Source of the DNA: a virus
Strand: one strand, 5' to 3'
IMG/VR virus record: IMGVR_UViG_3300016466_000859
Coordinates: 1-64,000 of that record
Length of the DNA stretch: 64,000 nt
Positions 25,222 through 37,200 of the stretch are shown piece by piece. The notes below the pieces were generated by a model, which saw only the letters and a list, made by a program, of their open reading frames with translations, had not been told where the DNA came from and searched no databases. Position numbers and translations under genes: made by a program. The number at the start of each line of letters is the position of its first letter. The stretch's first letter is position 1.

Positions 25222-28200
25222 ATGGCCACTACTAGAACGTTGAACTTTTTACCTGAGATTTTCAGGACCGACGCCAACAAAAAATTCTTGGCCGCCACCG
25301 TTGATCAATTGATCAGCGAACCAAATTTCAAGAAAATTAATGGCTACATTGGCCGTCGCGTTACACCCACATTTAAACCATCAGACAATTACATCAGCGA
25401 ACCTTCGGCTTCGCGGCAGAATTACCAGCTCGAGCCCTGCGTTGTTGTCAAGGACGCTTATGCCAACAGCGTTGATTTCTTTTCTTCATATCCTGATCTA
25501 CTACAAAAAATTGAATACTATGGTGGGATCGCCAATAACCACGATCGTTTGTTCCGCAACGAATTTTATACATTTGATGGGTGTTTTGACTTTGACAAGT
25601 TTATTAATTTCAACAACTATTACTGGATGCCCAATGGTCCTCAGGCTGTGAATGTATTTGCTGGTTCAGTTGACAATGAAGGAGAATACCAGGTCACACG
25701 CAATCTGTCTGTTGGTGGATTTAATTTTTCCGGCAAAGGAATCGAATCTAATCCTGTCATGATATTGAGTCGTGGAGGAACATATAGATTCCAGATAGAT
25801 CATCCAGAACATCGTTTCTGGATACAAAGTGAGCCAGGAATATCGGGCAAGAAAAAAACTCAACCTAATATTTCAACAAGAGATGTATTAGGGGTTTTAA
25901 ACAATGGCACAGATCAAGGAACAGTGACTTTCCGAGTGCCGCAGGCATCTGCTCAAGATAAGTTCACATCGATGACTATGGCCGCGGTGGCCGATCTTGC
26001 CACCGATATCAGTTACGTGGACCTACAGGACCACAGTCTAAGAGAATTTCTTAAAAACAATCCCGACGGCATCGACGGCTATCGAACTCCTTCTGACTTA
26101 GAAGGAAAATTTATAATATTCATCAATGAAGACATCGATGATGTGTTCTGGACCAACGATGAGATTTTTGATGTATATCCTTACGATGTCATTGTTTCTG
26201 AAACTGTTCCGGCGACAGCAAGACGTAATCTCTGGAGAATACAGTTAATTCCCAGCGGAAGAGATCATGTCATTAAGTTAACTCCATCAACCACAGTTGA
26301 AAAAAATCAAAAAGTTTTTGTTCGACGTGGCAAGGAAAATGCATCCAGAGAATTCTACACTGACTTTGATGGAATCTATCGAACCGTTCCCAACATCACA
26401 GCCAATTTGGATCGGCTTTTTTACCAAGACAGCCGAGACCCGTCTTTTGTTGGCGAAATACGCATAGTTGATCCTGATAATTTTGTCATTGATGTCAACA
26501 ATGACATTCTGGGCGAAAAAAATTATACCAGCCCCAATGGGGTAGAATTTACCAATGGTTTGAAAATAAGATTTGACAACAAAGTGATACCATCTGATTA
26601 TCGACTCAAAGAATTTTATGTCGAGGGTGTTGGTAAATCTATCAGACTCATTGAAACAAGCAAACTCATAAATCCCGAACCATATGCAAGTGATTTGGAG
26701 TCTCTGGATTACCTCACAATCAATCGTGGAAGCCAAGATCTCAATGCATGGTCACGCAGCAATCGTTGGTTCCACATTGACGTACTAAAAGCAACAGCCG
26801 CGTACAACAAAACCATTGGATTGCCCGATCAACAATATCGTGCCAATCGGCCTATCATTGAGTTTGACGCAGATCTACAATTATTTAATTTTGGTCGGCA
26901 AGGTCTACCACCCGTAGATTACCTAGATTTTTACGTCACCGATGCTTTTTCACAGATCGAAGGAAATGGCAAACAATACGATGCACTACAGCATTATGTC
27001 AAAGACGAAGTCGTGGTTCTCGAAAATAAAGTTTATCGGGCTCGAATCGATCTGCAGCAAATACCAGGCAACGACAGCAACTGGCAAAATCTCTATAATC
27101 TTCCTATTTACAGTGGAACACAGGCATATCGTCAAGACAATGTGGTAAGATACCTTGATCGTATCTATCGCGCTTTGACCGTGACCAGTGAAAATCTTCC
27201 TACCGATACCACTTATTGGGAACCCATAATATGGAATCGCGAAAACATCGATGAATTTGATGCGGAGATCGAATATCAGCAATTTGATGCGGTCTACTAC
27301 AACAACGAGTACTACGCCTGCATCTCTCCCAATGGGGCTTTGCAAATATCTCCTGACATTACCACCACCTGGAAAAAAGTCGATGTCTTTGTGGATTATT
27401 CAGAGAACATAGCCGATACGATATTGGAAAATCAGTATGCAGCCTGGCAAGGTAGATTATATCGGGCCGTGATGGACATCAAACAAGATCCTAGAAATAA
27501 CGATCTTTACTGGCAAAATATCATTGACATTGTTGATGGAAAATCCGTGATATTCGCCGGCGATGAAGATCCCACAGTGCGCAATACTGTTTATCGGTTA
27601 AGTATGGAGGACATTGGCAACGACGAGGACAGCGACGGAAATCCGATTCGTGTGCCGCATCTCACACCCAGCGAATTTACCGTGGAATCAAACAGTACGG
27701 TCATTGTGTTAGAAGGACTTAATGCCGGATTGAATTTCTGGTATGATGGCAATCAATGGAAACAAGGTCCGCAAAAATCTTCAGTGAACCAGGCACCATT
27801 GTTTGATGTTGTTGACGAAAATAACATCAGCTTTGGAAACCTAACCAGATACCCCAATTCAACCTTCGGCGGATCACGTATTTTTTCATATAAAACCGGC
27901 ACAGGAAAAATAGACAATGTGTTGGGCTTCCCATTGAGCTATCGAAATTTCAACAGCGTGGGAGATATAGAATTCAGCAACGATTTTGATAATTCGTCAA
28001 TGTCTTTCCTTGATGGCACACGAGAAAAAACAGTCAAGATCAACAGCGGTTATCTATTGAACTACATCGATCGCGAAGAGGCACAAACTAGAAATATCTG
28101 GGTCAAAGCCAAGGAAAAATCTCATCAGTACCAGATTTTTTCTCATGTGTTTGATGGCACAACCAATTATTTTGAAGTTGATATAGCCCCCAATGCCAGT

Positions 28201-31200
28201 CAGCAAACGCCGTTTATCAAGGTATTCATCAACAATGAACTAATCAAAGAATATCAATATGTCTATGAGGTAGTTGGCGCACGACAGGCCGTGCGTGTGC
28301 TTTCGTCTTTGCTGACCAATGGCGCCATAGTTGATATAATGATCTATTCTGACTCAACGTCGGAACTCGGCTATTACGAAGTGCCGATAAATTTAGACTA
28401 TAATTCTCAGAATTCTGATTTTGAGTATCTCACTCTGGGACAGCTAAAAAATCACATTACCAAGTTGGTTGAGAACACCAGGATCGCAAACCAAACAGAA
28501 GCTAAGTTTACTGGGTTCCGTGATGTGCAATTTAAAAATCACGGTGGAACCATATTACAGCATGCCAGCCCATCGATCTACAGTAACCTATTTCTAATCG
28601 ATAACGATGTCAATTTCATTGACAGTATCGACCTGGCAGCACGCGAGTACACAAAATTTAAAAATAAGTTTTTAGAAGCCGCCAACAAATTAACAACAGT
28701 TGACTTGAACAGAATTCCAGAAACTGTTGACGAAATAATCAAAACCATCAATGCTGTCAAGAATAGCTCGTTCCCGTGGCATTATTCGGACATGGTTCCT
28801 TACGGAGACAATCGCAGAGAATATCTAGATGTTGTAATCAATCCCGAGCTAAGGCAATTTGATTTACCAATGGTGTTCAATGACCAAGAGCTCAGCAATC
28901 GTGCGGTATTGGTGTATGTCAATAACAAGCAATTGGTCAAAGATCGAGACTATTATTTTCCACAAGATCGAACTGCTGTAATCATCAGTGAGGAGTACCC
29001 TCTTGAAGCCGATGATCAAATTAAAATAGTCGACTATCTTGACACCAATGGATGCTACGTTCCTGAGACTCCAAGCAAGCTAGGATTATATCCTAAATTT
29101 GTTCCTGGTAAATTGTATGACAGTACATATAGAGATCCAATATTTGTGATACAAGGCCATGACGGTTCACTGATTCCGTCGTTTGAGGATTATCGAGATG
29201 ATCTTCTCGTTGAGCTCGAGACTCGCATCTATAACAATATCAAACTCGACTATTATAAAGGTATTGCTAACATACATGATTTTATTCCAGGGAAATTCCG
29301 TGACACGGGATATACATTGACTGAATTTGATCGTGTGCTTTCTCGCAGTTTCTTGAAATGGGCCGGAAGCAATCAAGTTGATTATACCACGAACAAGAAT
29401 TTTGTTGCCAACGATCCCTGGACATGGAACTATTCAAAATATCGAGATACCATTGACGGAGGTAGAATACCCGGAGCATGGCGAGCTATTTTCAAGTATT
29501 TTTATGATACCGATCGCCCCAACACTCATCCTTGGGAGATGCTGGGATTTAGTTCACGACCAGACTGGTGGAACGAACGCTATGGCGCCGCACCCTACAC
29601 TGGCGGCAACTTGCTGTTATGGCAGGACCTCGCACAGGGATATATCCATGCTGGTCCACGGCAAGGTTATGATCAGAGATACGCGAGACCTTCTCTGCTG
29701 TCAATCATTCCAGTAGACGAATATGGTGCACTGAGATCACCTAGCCAATTTGCAGTCAGCAATTTCAATAGCAGCGATGCTGGTCGGGCGTTTTCGGTTG
29801 GCAATCAAGGTCCTGCCGAATCGGCCTGGAGGCGCAGCAGCGATTACCCGTTTGCCCTACAGCGCACCATGGCCCTTACACAACCAGCTTTTTATTTTGG
29901 TAGCCTATTTGACGTCAAAACATATAATCGAAACAACAAATTAGATCAGCTGGTTATTTCTGACACCCTAAGGCGTGTGACTCCATCGTCGATTAAAATA
30001 CACGGCGAAGTCGTTGATGGTCAAACTCAACTCACTGCCGGCTATCTAAATTGGATACGAGATTATGTAAAAAATCTCGGGCGAGACCCAGCGACGGTAT
30101 TGCGCCATAGATTTGATAATCTCGACGTGAGTTTAGGTTATCGAGTGGCCGGGTATACTGATAAAAATTACGTCAAGGTGCTGGCCGAACAAAGTTCGCC
30201 GTCATCGACCAACGATAGTATCATTGTACCCGATGAAAATTACACCGTACATCTTAATAAATCTAGCCCGCTGAAAAAAATAATCTATAGTGCAGTCATT
30301 GTTGAGAAAACCAACAATGGATACACGGTATCGGGCTACGATGTATCCAATCCTTATTTCACTATCATTCCGAGTCTAGCCAACAATAACGCCTATGTAG
30401 TTGACGTGATCAAACAAAGAGGAGTGATATATCGGGATTACCAAAATAAAAAAGTAATCGTCCCTTATGGATTTGAATTTACTTCACGACAGCAAGTGGT
30501 AGATTTCTTAATCAGTTACGGAAGATATCTCACTGGACAAGGAATTAAATTCACAGAAACCGATTCGGTGTTGTCCGCTAAAAAAGATTGGGTCCTTAGT
30601 GTCAAAGAATTTTTGCACTGGAGTCAGCAAGGATGGAGCAATGGTAACCTGATCATCTTGAGTCCAATCAAAGATGTTCTCAAAGTCAGCACACCCCTGG
30701 GTGTGGTTGACCATGTAGAAAACACCATCAACGGTAGTAAAATACTAGATCAGCAGTTTTCTACCATTAAGAATAATCAATTCACGGTAGTAAGATCCAA
30801 TAACGAATTTAAAATTTCTGTCATTGATGATCGTTCAATATGCTTTGCTGAACTCGAAGTGGTACAGTTTGAGCATGTGTTGATATTTGACAACAGCACC
30901 GTGTTCAATGACATCATTTATAAGCCTGAGCTAGGAAATCGGCAGTTCCGTTTGAAATTGGTAGGCAGCAAAACCAATGACTGGTCCGGTGAGCTTAACC
31001 CCCCGGGATTTGTTTACAATGCGTCAGATGTTGATCCTTGGTTGCCCGGTAAAGATTACAAAAAAGGTTCGATAGTAAACTTTAAAGAACAATATTATAC
31101 GGCGTTGGAAAATATCATAGCCGCGACAGAATTCAATCAGGCCCAATGGAGGCTGATTGAAAGATCTGCAATCAAGACCGGTCTTCTTCCCAACTTTGCT

Positions 31201-34200
31201 TACAATGCCCAAAAGTTTGAGGATATCTATGATATTGATAATGCTCCCGACGATTCTGACTTGCTAGAATATAGTGCCGGGCTTATCGGATTTCGTGAAC
31301 GAACATATCTCAGCGATTTTAGCCTTGACAATGTCAGCCAGGTCAAGTTCTATCAGGGATTTATCAAGGATAAAGGAACTCGTTCATCGGTAGATGCATT
31401 GACTACTGCTAAATTTAACAATGTCACCAGTGGCCTGGATCTCTATGAAGAATGGGCATTGAGGGTAGGTGAATACGGTGCGGTCGAAAGTGATGCACAG
31501 ATTGAAATTGTTCTAAATGACAATGAGTTTACCAATGATCCTTCGACTATAACATTGATAGACAATGCAGAATTGGCTGAAGCAGGTACTGTTGCGATCA
31601 AAGAAAAAGATCTTTATCGTAGGACTTCTCAGTATAAAAAAGATATATTTTTTAATCGCAGCGAAAGAACCGATACCTCGGGAGATATTTCCACAGCAGG
31701 GTTTGTTAACCTCGAGGATATCAGTGGTACAGTATTTGATATCAGGAATTTCAGTGAACTAGATAGCCTGTTACCACAGATCGGAAAAGGTTTCAAACTC
31801 TGGGTAGCCCGAGATTTTGACAACAACTGGAATGTATACCGCATCAGTGAAACTGATAACAATGTGTCATCGGCTATCTACGATCTAGATGATCAGATAT
31901 CTGTGACATTCGATAAACCACACGAACTCAAAGTCGGAGATGTTTTCGTGATCAAGAATCTTGATCCATTGGTTGATGGTTTTTATCAAGTCGCCTATGT
32001 CACGGATCTTTCGAGAGTTTCTGCAAGGCTTTATAAGAACCAATCGGAAATAAAGAAAACCAGAAGTTTTTCGGGCAACGGGGTTTATCTTGTCGCGAAA
32101 TCGATGCGCACCGAATCTTCCGCAAAAATCAATCAGATGTCTCCGTTAAATGGATGGTTAGTGGGAGACTGTGTCTGGGCAGATAACATCAATCACGATG
32201 GCCATTGGGGAGTTTATGAAAAAACTGATTCATGGAAATATCAAATTGAACTTCCTGTAGAAGCGTCAGACTTAGTAGGCGGGGATCGTTTCGGACATGC
32301 AGTTAAAATAAATTCCCAACGAGATCTTATTGTGGTTTCTTCTCCGGAATCCGGAGAAGGTAATATAAAAACTTTTGTAAAGCTCACCTCAGGGGAATTC
32401 AAGCAATCGTCCACTTTTAGACCGACTCTGTCGCTTGACACCGCTGGATTTGGTAAATCTGTCGATCTTGTTGACTATCGAGTAGCAGTGGGAGCACCTG
32501 CCAGTGACAGCGATCGGGGTCGTGTGTTTGTCTATAACTTCCGTGCCGAAAAACAAAAGTTTGATCTACAAGTTCTTTTTGCTCCGGATGCAAACCCAGG
32601 GGACCAATTTGGGCATTCGGTGTCACTGAGCCAAGATTCCCAATGGTTGTATATTGGTGCACCGGGCAAAGATACTGTTTATGTCTATCATTATGACACC
32701 AGCTTAACAGAACTTGGCACACATGTTTTAACTACCGAACCGGGACAAACAGATTATGTCTTGGATTTCTCTGTTGCCACAGCAGAATCAATCAAAGTGA
32801 TATCAGAGTTTGGGTTACCTGACTTGTTTATCGGCGATGGAGCCACCGACACCTTTACCTTGTCGGCAGGATTAGTAGGACGTCGACTGCAAGTCATAGT
32901 AAACAATCAGCTAATGCTGGCATCGGATTATGTCGTTGACGGAGATACATTGACGCTGAACTCTGTGCCAAACAACGGTAATGTCATTGTGGTTCGAATC
33001 AATCAGCCAGTGTTGTTACAGCCCGGAGTTGATTACACAGTCACTGAGACCGGTGAGCTGAGTTTGTCCAAAGACCCCGGAACTCTATCGATTGAGGTGC
33101 AGCAGGCATATCACTATAAATTAGTTGACGAATTAACAGGCACCGCCGGAAGCCAATTTGGACATACAGTAAAAACCAACCGCGATGGATCAGTGATTGC
33201 AATCGGAGCACCTAACAAAACAATCATCAACGGGGAAACTACCTACAACAACACTGGTGCCGGGTACATTTACACTCGCCGAGTTGAGGAGCAATCTCTC
33301 AAGGCTAACCGAAGCACTTATATACCATCGTCGGTGTCGATGCCTTTTGTTGACTTGTTCGTCAATGGCGTGCTGTTACATTCGGGCACCGATTACACAT
33401 TGAATAACAATGAAATCTTGTTATTGAGTCCATACGAAGCAGGCCAGGCGCTGACAATAAGCACCGCTCAATTTGATCTCCTGCAAGAGATTTTGAGTCC
33501 CGATTTGGTTGATCAAGGAAACTTTGGATTTTCTTTGGACATGGATCACAATGCAAAATCGATCTACATTGGCGCCCCTAATTATTATGATTCAGTCTAT
33601 AGCCAAGGAAAAGTCTATAGATTTACAATGAAATCAAAGTATTTTGGAAGCTCGGTTTCGCAGCTAGAAAATCCAGTAATAACTGCTGGATCAACAATAT
33701 ATGTAAACCGGATTCCGGTGACATTTACCGCGGCCACCGACAGTGGTGATACCACAGCCGGATCGATGGCCATAGATATCAATCGTTTGCCCGGAATAAC
33801 GGCTGCTGTAGACCAAGACGGAAGATTGGCGATTTCTACGATATCAAAAGTCAGTAAAGATCTTCAGTTAACCCCGGCTGGCGACGATACACTAGACCAA
33901 ATCGGATTTGATGCGTATGTATTAGATCAAGAAATACTAGAACCCGACTTCAACGAAGGAGCGTTTGGCAGCAATATCGTGGTAGACAGTCAAGGGGAAA
34001 CTGTATCAATCACAGGAAAAAATTCTTCGTTGACACAATCAATTACTTTTGACAGTGGACTTGGAGTTGCTGGGACAACATTTGACATTGGCACAACATT
34101 GTTCAACAAAATAGTTAACGGCAGCGGGGCGGTCTATCTATATGAATTGATCGACAATGGCCTTTCCGGAATCGACAATACTGGTTCGTTGATTTTTGCC

Positions 34201-37200
34201 AACAAGCTTTCGTTGCGAGAAGTATACCCCGGGGATGAGTTTGGATTTTCGGTGGGATTGCAGAAAGATTCAATGGTTGTTTCGTCTCCGGGATTTGATC
34301 CTTTGCCGTTGCCGGATCAATTTGATTTAAAAGTTGAGAATCTCGACGAGCTGTCGTGGATCGGGGTTAACGCCTTGACCATTGGTACAAGAGTACTGGT
34401 GGTGTCAGACATCAGCAACCGAGGATCTTGGTCAATTTGGACCTACAATGGCGCACAGTCCACAGATTTTCGTACAAATTTTGTGCGAGATGCCGCAGGA
34501 GTGATTAAAAACACGGGATCGGTGCATTTGTACACCAATCCGTTGTCTAAGAAAATATGGAATCTCAAGCGCAAACAAGATCCGGTTGTGGATCTCGATT
34601 CTGTGAATCGACTTGTTATTTACAACCGTGACAGCAATACCATCATAGCCAATCTGGATTACATTGATCCTGCCAAGGGTAAGATACTGGGAATCGCTGA
34701 ACAAGATATAGATTTCAAGACCGAGTTAGATCCTGCGATCTACACCAACGGCACTTCGGAAGTCGTAGTTGATCAAGGCATGAGATGGGGCGAGCAGCAA
34801 GTTGGGATGATCTGGTGGAATCTCAGCAAGGTTCGATATCTCGATTATGAACAAGATGACTTGGTTTATAGGACCAAGAATTGGGGAGCAACCTTTCCGG
34901 GATCTGAAATCGAAATCTGTGAGTGGGTGTCGAGCTCGGTCCCGCCTGATCAGTACACGTCACGTGGCGGTTCAGGAACTCCAAAATACAACAATCAGGC
35001 CTATGTGGTTGACACAGTGATAGACTCCCAGTCTGGAATTTTGAATCCTCGCTATTATTTTTGGGTCACAGGAAAGCAAGATGTTTCGGTGAGCCGAAAG
35101 CGCAACAGTTGTGCCGCCATTGCCGACATCATTGAAAACCCCAACCTCCAAGGAGTTCCATATGCTGGCATGTTAAAGAGCAATGCTCTTGCGCTCTACG
35201 GAATCAACGATTATTTGTCGGGAACGAGCGTTGTTTTGCAAATTGATTATGCCAATGTACCTAACTCAAATGTCATGCATACTGAATTTGAATTGGTGCA
35301 AGAAAACCGACGAGAAAGCGAAATACCCAACAAGATAGTCAACAAAATGGTTGATAGTTTGGCTGGCATTGACCGCATTGGCAATGTGGTTCCTGACCCC
35401 ACACTCAAAGACAACGAGCGAGTTGGTATCTCCTATCGACCACGACAAAACATGTTCCGGGACCGTGCCAGAGCACTAAGGAGCGTGATCGATTTTGTCA
35501 ATCGCATATTTTTAGCCTATCCAGTAGTAAGGCAATTTAATACCAATGGATTCTTTGGACAAGATCCTGTTCCAACTTCCTCGGGCTACGATCGCAAGGT
35601 TTCCACAGTAGACGAGCTTGGGTACATCAATACCGATGAAATTGATGTTGGGTATCGTGTATTGATAGAAAATGATTCTACCAATGATGGACTTTGGACG
35701 GTCTGGCGATTTAACGGTGCTCGCTTTGTGTTATCAAGAATACAGTCTTACAAAACCGATTTATATTGGGAATATCGTAATTGGTATGCCGACGGATTCG
35801 ATCCGTCAACAAAAATCACTTACACCGTAGATTACGAAAAAGATATCGGAGCAATTAATTTGCGTCCCGGGGATATCATTGATGTGAGATATGATCAACA
35901 AGGGCAAGGTGTAACATATCGAGTGCAAGATGATTTTTCTCTGCTTATGGTTGCGTTGGAAAATGGCACCATACAATTTTTACCCAACCTCTACAATATC
36001 AACAACGACGGAATGGGGTTTGATTCGTCAAATTTTGACAATGTGCGCTACGATAAAACTCCCGGTGTTGAAATACGACAAATATTAGAATCGATACGCA
36101 AGGATATATTTGTAGGCGAATTCAAGCAAGAATTTAATCGCATGTTCTTTGTGATGGTAAACTATTTGTTGACTGAGCAAAAACACGTGGACTGGATATT
36201 TAAAACCAGCTTTGTAAATATCGTTCATAAACTGCGAAAGCTAGATCAATACCCCAGCTTCGTCCGTGACAATCAAGATTATTACATTGATTATATCAAT
36301 GAAGTTAAACCGTATCGCACACAGATACGAGAATATCTACTGAACTATGACGGCATTGATATAGTTGACGGTAATGTCAGTGACTTTGATCTTCCGGCCT
36401 ACTATGACAAAATATTAGATCAATATCGGACCCCTATTGGAGAACGAGCCGGCGACGAAGATTTATTATCCGGCGTAGAATATCGTGCGTGGAACCAATC
36501 TCACCAATTGGTAGTTGATCGTATCATTGTCGAAAATCGCGGATCGGGATACACCGTGATTCCAGAAATAACCATTGAGGGAGGCGGAGGCCGCGGCGCC
36601 AAAGCAATCGCAACCATTGATTTTGACGGGCTGACATCGATAGTAGTTACCGATCCAGGTCGCGGGTACACATCCACTCCTCGTGTAGTAATCAATGGCA
36701 ATGGGTCGGGTGCTGTTGCATATCCATTGATGAAAAATGTACACATAGGCAACGATCAACCGGGATATAACCTAGTACGATCATTGAATTCAGTTGTCAA
36801 ATTGGATCGTATCGCCTATGACACTCAGATACCCGCATGGACAGCCAATTCTGAAATTTTTTCAGATCGTGTTTCTTATCTCAATGACATTTATAAAATA
36901 AATGAGTCAAACATTTATGTTGTCCCAGTACAGTTGTCGGGCATCGAAACATTTGACGTTGAACTTATCTCAACATTCCAGGTAGAAAACACTGACCTTA
37001 CTCCATCTACAGTGATCAACATTAACAATGTTGAGGCTATGTTTGGTATTGATTATAGCATTAACATGGATGATAATACCATTACCCTGCTGGACCCCCA
37101 GTTAGAGGACGAGGTGTCTATACGGTATGTTGGTGATGAAGGTGAGGATCTATACGAATTATTCTTGGTTGAAACACCTCGAGTGTACCAACTCAATAAA